From an uncultured Candidatus Peribacteria bacterium (GTDB lineage Bacteria > Patescibacteriota > Gracilibacteria > UBA1369 > UM-FILTER-53-11), in assembly GCA_964354865.1 (NCBI GenBank), contig CAYHBN010000001.1, forward strand, positions 488 to 64,487: a DNA stretch of 64,000 nucleotides, read 5' to 3'. This document shows positions 57,223 through 64,000 of this stretch, piece after piece. Position 1 is the first letter of the stretch. Each line of letters opens with the position of its first letter. Below the pieces are notes generated by a model, which saw nothing but the letters and a program-made list of their open reading frames with translations, made no database searches and was not told where the DNA came from. Made by a program: the position numbers and the translations under genes.

Positions 57223-58503
57223 TCAGATTGACAATCCAATGGATATTCCGCTACCTACTAATCGCCCGCCGGCCCAACTAGCCTGTAAATTAAAGCCACC
57301 GGTAAAACCATCTATGTCTAAAATTTCTCCGGCAAAATAGAGTCCTGGGCAGATTTTCGATTGAAAAGTTTTAGGATCAACCTCGCTCGTCGGCACACCT
57401 CCCGCTGTCACAAACTCCTCGCCTGCGCCACGCCCGATAATAGTGAGCCGAGCCTTTTTCATAAAGTCGACGAGGGCGCGGCGTTCTTCGCGAGAAACAC
57501 GACTTGTGTATTTGCCGCCATCGATACCCGTTGACTCAAAGGCAGCAAGTGCGAGTGATTTGGGCAAAAACATATCAATTAAATTGAAAATTATTTTTTT
57601 CGGGTGAGCAAGAATGGCTTCATCAAGGCGTGCAGAAAGAGCGGCCTCTTTCTCTGGTGGAAAAAAATCAACCGACAAAAAAAGTGGCGTTGGTTTTGTA
57701 ATTGGATCGAATGCAGAGTATGCCGAAAGTGCAAAAATTGCAGGGCCGCTGACTCCTTTGTGGGTAAAGACAAAATCACCGGTGAAATTCCATGTCTCTG
57801 TTCCCTTTAATGTGAGTACCGCGTTTTCTATAGAAACACCCGCACAGTTTTTAGGCCACTGCTCTTGAACAAAAAAACTGTTCAAGCTAGGCCCCAGTGG
57901 GGTGAGCGTATGCCCAAGTTTTTGCGCAAAGTAGTATCCATCGCCGGTAGAACCGGTGTGTCGATATGCTTGCCCACCCGTAGTCACAATCATGTTTTTT
58001 GCAAAATAATGTTCGCCCTTTTCAGAAATTAATTCGAATTGATACTCCTCATTTTTGTTATGAACAAGCTCCGTAATTGAGGTTGCGAGTTTTACCTCTA
58101 TTTGTTTTTTATGCTTCTGTGAACTAAAAAGTTGTTCAAATACTCCAAGGACATCTTTTCCATTATCTGAGACGGGAAACACACGTTGATCTTCTTCTTT
58201 CTTAAGAGGCACACCATGAGCCTCAAACCACTCTCTTACTTTTAAGGGAGGAAACTCATACATGGCATACGACAAAAACCTGCTCCCACGCGGATATTTT
58301 TTCAACACCTCTTTAATATCTTCAACTCCGGTAGTTACATTGCAGCGGCCACCCCCAGAAATCAGAACTTTTTGCCCAAGTTGCGCGTTTTTTTCGAACA
58401 AGCAAACCGAAGATTTTCCATGCTCTAAAACACTCGCAGCTGCCATCATGCCCGCCGCTCCCCCACCTATAATCGCAATGTCATATTTTTCAGTTGAATC
58501 CAC
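57223..58503 (-). CDS. HI0933/BaiN-family FAD-dependent oxidoreductase
   Basis: DIAIIGGGAAGMMAA dinucleotide fold, GGGRCNVT, and C-terminal GGFNLQASWAGG. Confidence 0.8.
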   Translation of the reverse strand: MDSTEKYDIAIIGGGAAGMMAAASVLEHGKSSVCLFEKNAQLGQKVLISGGGRCNVTTGVEDIKEVLKKYPRGSRFLSYAMYEFPPLKVREWFEAHGVPLKKEEDQRVFPVSDNGKDVLGVFEQLFSSQKHKKQIEVKLATSITELVHNKNEEYQFELISEKGEHYFAKNMIVTTGGQAYRHTGSTGDGYYFAQKLGHTLTPLGPSLNSFFVQEQWPKNCAGVSIENAVLTLKGTETWNFTGDFVFTHKGVSGPAIFALSAYSAFDPITKPTPLFLSVDFFPPEKEAALSARLDEAILAHPKKIIFNLIDMFLPKSLALAAFESTGIDGGKYTSRVSREERRALVDFMKKARLTIIGRGAGEEFVTAGGVPTSEVDPKTFQSKICPGLYFAGEILDIDGFTGGFNLQASWAGGRLVGSGISIGLSI

Positions 58504-58519
58504 GATGTATGTTATACCA

Positions 58520-59941
58520 CTAAAGTCCTATTTCTCGCTTCAATGCATGAATATCTTGCAAAAGCTTTGAGTCTTTATTTAATTGGTTTTTAACTTTATT
58601 ACACGAGTGCAAAACGGTCGTGTGATTTCGACCCGAGAAATATTCACCAATCGTATCGTATGAACAGCCCAAAATTTCGTAAATGAGGTACATACAGATC
58701 TGTCGAGGCAACATAACCTCGCGACGACGAATCGAGCCCTTCATCTGCTCAGAAGGCATTCTATAGTAGTCCGAGACCAATTGAATAATATCGTCAGCGT
58801 TACGTACACTTTGCTTTGACTCTGCCTGTAATTTCGTCACACCCGTGAGCTCGGGAATGCCGGGTGCCTGCCGATAAATCATTGCCGCGATAGACTTAAC
58901 AGTCGGTGTAGAATTCGCCAATCTCATTTCGGCAATTGCCTGTTTTAAAACTCCTTCAAGTTCACGAATTGAGTTATGTACATTCTGGGCAATAAAATCC
59001 AAAACATCAGGAGCGACAATCACGCCTTCTTGGCTACACTTGTTTTGCAAAATAGCGAGACGAGTCTCGTAGTCCGGAAAATGCGCCTCGGCCACCATAC
59101 CCATCTCGAAGCGACTCTGTAATCGAGCCTCAATGCCATGAAGCTCTTTAGGAGGGCGATCAGAGCTTATAATAATCTGCTTATTTGCGTTATAGAGCTC
59201 GTTAAACAAATGAAAAAACTCTTCTTGAGTACGATCTTTTTCAGCGAGGAGTTGAATATCGTCAACGATCAAACAATCAACTGAACGGTAGCGGGCCTTA
59301 AAATCATGCGCATTATATTTTTTAATTGCATCAACAACCTCATTCAAAAATCGCTCAGCGGTAAAATAAACCAAGGTTTTATTCGGAAAGTTTTTGAGCA
59401 TCTCACGGCCAGTCCCCTGCAATAAATGTGTTTTACCAAGTCCTACTCCACCATAAATAAAAAGCGGATTCCACTGACTACCAGGATTTGTCGCCACTGC
59501 ACTACAAGCCGCATGAACCAATCGATTATGTTTGCCGACGATAAAGCTGTGCAACGAGTACTTATTATTGAGCATGATGCTCGTATTTTCTTCATTCACC
59601 TTCACCTCTTGTTTATTCGGCAACTTTCGAGCTTTCTTTGATTGCGGTACGACTGACCCAACCGTAACTTTTCGGTTATCATCAATGTCAGTTAGCGTGC
59701 TCTCTACTTGTATACGAAGTGCGATAACTTCTGGATCTTCTTTTTTCAAAAGTTCGAGCAAATTTTCTTTTTGGTGCTTTTCAATCCAACTCAATGCGTA
59801 CGAATTTGGTACACCAACAACAACGAGCCCATTCGAATAGGTCAAGATTGCAGTGTCTGCAAACCATGTAATGAACTGATCGTGCCGAATATCGGGATAT
59901 AAAGCGGTCAAAACTGAACGCCAGAGTTCCTTGGGTTCCAT
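58520..59941 (-). CDS. dnaA: chromosomal replication initiator DnaA
   Basis: Walker A GGVGLGKTHLLQ, Walker B LIVDDIQ, sensor motifs, and a C-terminal DNA-binding domain (NHTTVLHSCNKV). Confidence 0.95.
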   Translation of the reverse strand: MEPKELWRSVLTALYPDIRHDQFITWFADTAILTYSNGLVVVGVPNSYALSWIEKHQKENLLELLKKEDPEVIALRIQVESTLTDIDDNRKVTVGSVVPQSKKARKLPNKQEVKVNEENTSIMLNNKYSLHSFIVGKHNRLVHAACSAVATNPGSQWNPLFIYGGVGLGKTHLLQGTGREMLKNFPNKTLVYFTAERFLNEVVDAIKKYNAHDFKARYRSVDCLIVDDIQLLAEKDRTQEEFFHLFNELYNANKQIIISSDRPPKELHGIEARLQSRFEMGMVAEAHFPDYETRLAILQNKCSQEGVIVAPDVLDFIAQNVHNSIRELEGVLKQAIAEMRLANSTPTVKSIAAMIYRQAPGIPELTGVTKLQAESKQSVRNADDIIQLVSDYYRMPSEQMKGSIRRREVMLPRQICMYLIYEILGCSYDTIGEYFSGRNHTTVLHSCNKVKNQLNKDSKLLQDIHALKREIGL

Positions 59942-60003
59942 GAGGGCTTTACTATAAATAATATTGGCAGGATTTAGAAGCTCACAACAAGTGAATCTGT
60001 TGA

Positions 60004-61572
60004 CTAAAACAACTTAACAATGTCGCTGTACGTGATGACAATGATCATCAGCATGAGCAAGACAAATCCGACCATATGAATGAGTGATTCAAAGCGTGAA
60101 CTGACCTTGCGACCTGTTATTGCCTCAACCAAAATAAAGAAGAGTCGGCCGCCGTCAAGTGCAGGAATTGGCAGCACATTCATTACGGCAAGAGACAAAG
60201 ACAAGAGCGCGGTAAAGCGCAATAATGCAAAGAATCCTTCTTGTACAAAGGTATGTGTGTAGTACGCAATTTGAACAGGTCCACCAATATCACCAGGGAC
60301 TGAGAACGTTCCAACAAGTGACCGAATTGTATTTACAAACGCCGTGATAGTTACACCCGTAAGACGAATACTTTCTGAGACCGCTTGTTTGAGTGCGCCC
60401 CATGGACCAAGTTTAATATCACCGATTTCTAAAAGAGAAGTAACAACGCCATTGCTGTAGAGAGAAAAATCATCTCGATTAAAAAAGGTAACTTCTGAAA
60501 GAGCGACACCAAGTTTCGTCTTTGGTTCAATACGTGACTTAATGGTTACTATTGCCTCGTTTCTAACGATCTTATATTCCTTTTCTACACCTTCAGCTTG
60601 AGCAACAATGTCTTTTACCTCTTGCGCTGAAATAACGCGTTGTCCACCAATTGAAACAATGCGATCCCCTTTTTGAAAACCAAAAGCAACCGCAGGAGTA
60701 TTAGGTAAAACATCGGTAATCACCACACGACCTTCAAAGTTTTGTGAATACTCTTTCTTCATGACAACGGTGTCACGCAAGAACTCTATCGTTACTTTTT
60801 CTTTATTAAAGAGAGCATTTTGAAACGCATTGAGATCATATATCTGCGCCCCATCAACCGTTAAAATTGCATCTCCTTTTTTAAATCCTGCTACATTTGC
60901 GGCCCCACCTTCTTTGACACCATACACAGTAAGGCGTGGAATATTAGCAACCGGCTTCAAATCTATGCCTAATGAATGACCATCAATCAATGGAATATGA
61001 ACTTTACTAACGTTAGTGCCATCACTTGAGCGAAGAATTAAATCAACATCTTTCGTAGCTCCTTTTTTCGAAAGCGGCGCAACCTGAGTTGCACTAGTAA
61101 TCGCAACATCATTTATAGAAAGAACTCGATCTCCTTTTTCAATACCGGAGTTCTTGAGAGAATCATCAATTTTCGAGACGTACACGCCTGGTCCCGTTTT
61201 CACAACGCCACTATCGATTGCGGCATATAAATCATCTTGAGAAACCAAGAGAGGCTCAATACCGAACATAAAACCAATCGTTAACAAGAATACCGCGAGC
61301 AAAAAGTTCATAATAACACCTGCAAGGACAATCTTCGATCGTACCCATGTTGACTGATGAACAAAGCTTTGTGGATCTTTAACCATCTTAGGATCACTCG
61401 AATCTTCACCATGCAATTTTACAAATCCGCCAAATGGAATCGCATTTAACGTATAGAGAGTATCCCCCACTTTCTTCTTAAATAGACGAGGAGGAAAACC
61501 AAAACCGAACTCTAATACTTTTACACCTGCGCGACGTGCCTGTGCAAAATGTCCGTACTCATGAATAATCAC
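60004..61572 (-). CDS. rseP: RIP site-2 metalloprotease RseP
   Basis: HEYGHF (HExxH), PDZ-like repeats, and NVLPIPALDGG. The GTG at 61572 leaves only 3 residues before HExxH. The frame stays open upstream to the frr stop codon (see finding). Confidence 0.8.
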   Translation of the reverse strand: MIIHEYGHFAQARRAGVKVLEFGFGFPPRLFKKKVGDTLYTLNAIPFGGFVKLHGEDSSDPKMVKDPQSFVHQSTWVRSKIVLAGVIMNFLLAVFLLTIGFMFGIEPLLVSQDDLYAAIDSGVVKTGPGVYVSKIDDSLKNSGIEKGDRVLSINDVAITSATQVAPLSKKGATKDVDLILRSSDGTNVSKVHIPLIDGHSLGIDLKPVANIPRLTVYGVKEGGAANVAGFKKGDAILTVDGAQIYDLNAFQNALFNKEKVTIEFLRDTVVMKKEYSQNFEGRVVITDVLPNTPAVAFGFQKGDRIVSIGGQRVISAQEVKDIVAQAEGVEKEYKIVRNEAIVTIKSRIEPKTKLGVALSEVTFFNRDDFSLYSNGVVTSLLEIGDIKLGPWGALKQAVSESIRLTGVTITAFVNTIRSLVGTFSVPGDIGGPVQIAYYTHTFVQEGFFALLRFTALLSLSLAVMNVLPIPALDGGRLFFILVEAITGRKVSSRFESLIHMVGFVLLMLMIIVITYSDIVKLF

Positions 61573-61635
61573 GATTAACGAGAAAATAACGACTACCGCA
61601 ATAATGGTGAGAAAAGTAAGTATGGGAGAAAATGG

Positions 61636-62208
61636 TTAAATAGTCATGATATCTGCTTCTTTTTTCTTCGAAATTTCATCGATGAGTCTGTTTGTTGCAT
61701 CGACTTTTTCTTGAAGGATTTTTTCTGAGTGGCGCTGTTCGTCTTCGGTAATTTCTTTTTTATCTGCAAGAGCTTTAAAACCACCATGCGATGAACCACG
61801 CGCAGTGCGAACAGAAATCTTTGCTTGCTCTGCAAGTTGACCAACAACTTTTACCAAGTCTTTGCGGCGCTCTTCAGTAAGAGCTGGCATGACGAGTCGA
61901 ATAAGAGTTCCATCATTTGTAGGATTTAAACCAATGTTCGAAGCCAAGATTGCTTTTTCAACAGCACCCATAAGTGAACGATCCCATACCTGAATGGCAA
62001 GAGTTCGAGCGTCAGGAATCGAGATTGAGGCAACCCCTTTCATAGGTGTCATTGCGCCGTATGCATCGACGTAAATATCTTCAATCAGCGATGCCGAAGC
62101 ACGCCCGATTTGTAGTTTTGAGAACTCGTGTTTTAAGTGAGTAATTGCAGTTTCGAAATCTTGTTGTGCTTTTGTAATGAGTTCTGAGGTAGACATAGAA
62201 GGGGGCAT
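61636..62208 (-). CDS. frr: ribosome recycling factor
   Basis: 190 aa. GRASASLIEDIYVDAYG and LVMPALTEERRKDLVK are typical of Frr. Confidence 0.95.
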   Translation of the reverse strand: MPPSMSTSELITKAQQDFETAITHLKHEFSKLQIGRASASLIEDIYVDAYGAMTPMKGVASISIPDARTLAIQVWDRSLMGAVEKAILASNIGLNPTNDGTLIRLVMPALTEERRKDLVKVVGQLAEQAKISVRTARGSSHGGFKALADKKEITEDEQRHSEKILQEKVDATNRLIDEISKKKEADIMTI

Positions 62209-62240
62209 AAGAGGTTAAGAGAGCAAGCGAGAATGAGGTT

Positions 62241-62957
62241 TTATTTATTATTTACAATTAAAGTACCAATATTTTCGCCTTTAACAACCTTCATAATATT
62301 GCCTTTTTGCTGAAGGTCAAAGACGTAGATTGGCACGTTACTTTCTTTGCAGAGTGAAACAGCCGACTGATCCATAAATGCCAAATCCATTGAAAGCACT
62401 TCTTGGTAGGTCAAGGTTTCGAAGCGTTTTGCGTCACTGTGTTTTTTAGGATCTTTATCGTATACACCATCTACCTTTGTTGCTTTTAGTAAAACATCAC
62501 AGTCGGTTTCAAGTGCACGAAGCGCAGCTGCTGAATCGGTCGTAAAAAATGGGTTTCCTGTTCCACCTGCACAAATAACAATTCTCCCCTTTTCTAAATG
62601 TCTAACCACACGACGGCGAAGGTATGGCTCAGCAATTTGTGGCACATCGATAGCCGAAGAAACGCGACAAATATAGCCGAGCTTTTCAAAACTACTTTGC
62701 ATAGCAACCGCATTCATTATCGTACCGAGCATACCAATGTTGTCAGAGGTCACACGTTCAATGCCAGTATCAACGTGATCGCGATACCGCCAAATATTAC
62801 CCGCGCCGACAACAATAATTACCTGAACACCAAGATCAACGACCTCACCAACTTCTTTGCAGAGGGCTGAAAGAACGGTGTGATCGATGCCACTTTGTTT
62901 AGAGCCAAGCAACACTTCACCTGAAAGCTTGAGCATGATTCGTTTATATTTCGGCAT
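62241..62957 (-). CDS. pyrH: UMP kinase
   Basis: YKRIMLKLSGE, VGAGNIWRY and GGTGNPFFTTDSAAALRA. Confidence 0.95.
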   Translation of the reverse strand: MPKYKRIMLKLSGEVLLGSKQSGIDHTVLSALCKEVGEVVDLGVQVIIVVGAGNIWRYRDHVDTGIERVTSDNIGMLGTIMNAVAMQSSFEKLGYICRVSSAIDVPQIAEPYLRRRVVRHLEKGRIVICAGGTGNPFFTTDSAAALRALETDCDVLLKATKVDGVYDKDPKKHSDAKRFETLTYQEVLSMDLAFMDQSAVSLCKESNVPIYVFDLQQKGNIMKVVKGENIGTLIVNNK

Positions 62958-62960
62958 AGT

Positions 62961-63314
62961 CTAAAAGCGTAAAATTAAGTAGGTAATTATAATTCCGACG
63001 ATTATACCCGAAATGACCCAAATCGGTATTCGAGGATTATGTGTCTCAACCTCTTCGTGCGCACTCGCTAGATCGGTCAACAGATTCGAGCTCATAATAA
63101 TGTCTTCATCTTTATATTTGCTCAAAACTCCCTCAAAATCGTGAGTTGCAACTAATTGAACAAATTTTTCAAACTTTACCTTAATTTTATCTGATGGTTC
63201 AGGTGTGGGGGCTAGTGCCTTTTCATGAGAATACGCCATCGATTTCACCGAAAACTCAGTAGGTTTTGACGAATCAGAAGGGATTTTTATATCATTCATA
63301 AGATCGAAACGCAC
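62961..63314 (-). CDS. hypothetical C-terminally anchored small protein
   Basis: 117 aa. C-terminal TM IPIWVISGIIVGIIITYLIL. The start may be ATG 63299 instead of GTG 63314. Confidence 0.45.
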   Translation of the reverse strand: MRFDLMNDIKIPSDSSKPTEFSVKSMAYSHEKALAPTPEPSDKIKVKFEKFVQLVATHDFEGVLSKYKDEDIIMSSNLLTDLASAHEEVETHNPRIPIWVISGIIVGIIITYLILRF

Positions 63315-63331
63315 TATATCACAGAAAATTA

Positions 63332-63340
63332 TGGTATAAT
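63332..63340 (+). promoter_or_regulatory. extended -10 TGGTATAAT upstream of 63344 ORF
   Basis: It lies only 3 nt before ATG 63344, so the in-frame ATG at 63368 may be the true start. Confidence 0.35.
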
Positions 63341-63343
63341 AGT

Positions 63344-63862
63344 ATGATAGTTTTTAACATAAAAAATATGGTTGATGTACCAAAAACATTTGTAAAAGAA
63401 ACCTCAGATGGACTCAATGCAGCGATCACTCACACTGGCGCACAAAAAGCGATAGATGCTATGTGCACTGAAGGCGCTGACCGTTCAGGAAAAGCACTAC
63501 AATGCCTCACTAAATTCACCCCAGATAAAGGCAAACAAGAGCAACTCAAAGAGAACACCATCGACAAAGGAAAAACAAATGCAAAAGAATTACTTACCGC
63601 TCTTCGAGATGCGGCTCATGTAGAAAACAAAACAGTAGAGATATACGCACTTTCTGGGCTGCTCGGAATCGATGTTAAAGAGTATATGGATCCAGGAAGC
63701 AACATAGACAAAGCTGTTTCTAAAATAAATGAAGATGGACTCTATAATGCAGCTTACTACGGTGTCGATGCTCAAATTGCTCGCTGGAATGGAACACCAA
63801 GTTCTCCAACAAACGAACAAGACGCGGGAGCAGCCGTTGCAGCGAACGAAGAGCAGAAGTAA
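63344..63862 (+). CDS. hypothetical protein
   Basis: 172-aa ORF. No family recognised. Confidence 0.5.
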   Translation: MIVFNIKNMVDVPKTFVKETSDGLNAAITHTGAQKAIDAMCTEGADRSGKALQCLTKFTPDKGKQEQLKENTIDKGKTNAKELLTALRDAAHVENKTVEIYALSGLLGIDVKEYMDPGSNIDKAVSKINEDGLYNAAYYGVDAQIARWNGTPSSPTNEQDAGAAVAANEEQK

Positions 63863-63881
63863 TAAACAAACAACATACTAC

Positions 63882-63916
63882 AAAAAATCCCCGATACATC
63901 GTCGGGGATTTTTTGT
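63882..63916. terminator. bidirectional rho-independent terminator
   Basis: AAAAAATCCCCGA-tacatcg-TCGGGGATTTTTTG. An A-run and a T-run flank a 7-9-bp stem. It lies between convergent genes. Confidence 0.6.
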
Positions 63917-63967
63917 TTCGTTACCTCGGGCTTTCACCACTACTCATCAAATAACCTCCCGGGGCGG

Positions 63968-64000
63968 CTACATTCCCATGCCACCCATTCCGCCCATACC
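63968..64000 (-). CDS. groEL: probable 3' end of groEL (only last 10 codons in window)
   Basis: The reverse strand reads GGT ATG GGC GGA ATG GGT GGC ATG GGA ATG TAG, which is GMGGMGGMGM-stop. This is the GGM-repeat tail characteristic of GroEL. Only 33 nt are available. Confidence 0.4.
   Translation of the reverse strand, partial: GMGGMGGMGM

Noticed and set aside
59942-60003. oriC expected next to dnaA
   Set aside because: The dnaA upstream gap is only 62 bp and has no TTATCCACA-like boxes. dnaN does not follow dnaA. The larger non-coding gaps (19676-19943, 38157-38352, 53135-53638) contain at best 7/9 matches, so no origin can be called from this window.

Overview
This is a gene-dense 64-kb bacterial window that reads with the standard code. 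TGA acts as a stop, for example in the ATGA stop/start overlaps at 6548-6551 and 43739-43742. Most assignable genes are information-processing or core-metabolism genes: trpS, pyrG, dnaG-rpoD-greA, truB, gatCA, rel/spoT, hppA, rplY, ybaB, dnaA, pyrH-frr-rseP, holA, htpX and one tRNA-Arg. They are mixed with many ORFs I cannot assign, two archaeal-type enzymes (a short TIM and a RibL-like FMN adenylyltransferase), start regions without visible Shine-Dalgarno sequences, and very large surface-type proteins. I associate this profile with small-genome CPR/Patescibacteria-like bacteria, but that is inference only. The main points of interest are: (1) a roughly 10-kb set of four co-directional genes (25966-35763) with no recognisable domains: a signal-peptide beta-rich protein, a 1790-aa protein, a 56-aa TM peptide and a 1146-aa secreted Cys-repeat protein. 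(2) Two diverged HNH-type paralogues with homologous upstream regions, in inverted orientation, bracketing 14.9 kb that includes that locus. (3) A 0.5-kb non-coding gap (53135-53638) with two perfect palindromes and a roughly 160-nt hairpin whose G-T pairs favour a plus-strand RNA. (4) A PriA homologue with an intact Cys-rich region but degenerate helicase motifs. (5) rseP lacking any canonical start codon for its first TM helix. (6) Extended -10 promoters 6-9 nt from ATGs (leaderless candidates), and long polypyrimidine leaders. I saw no CRISPR array, rRNA, transposase, integrase or recognisable defence gene. Two reading frames that touch the window edges are missing from the supplied ORF track: 1-1836 minus, and a groEL-like tail at 63968-64000 minus.
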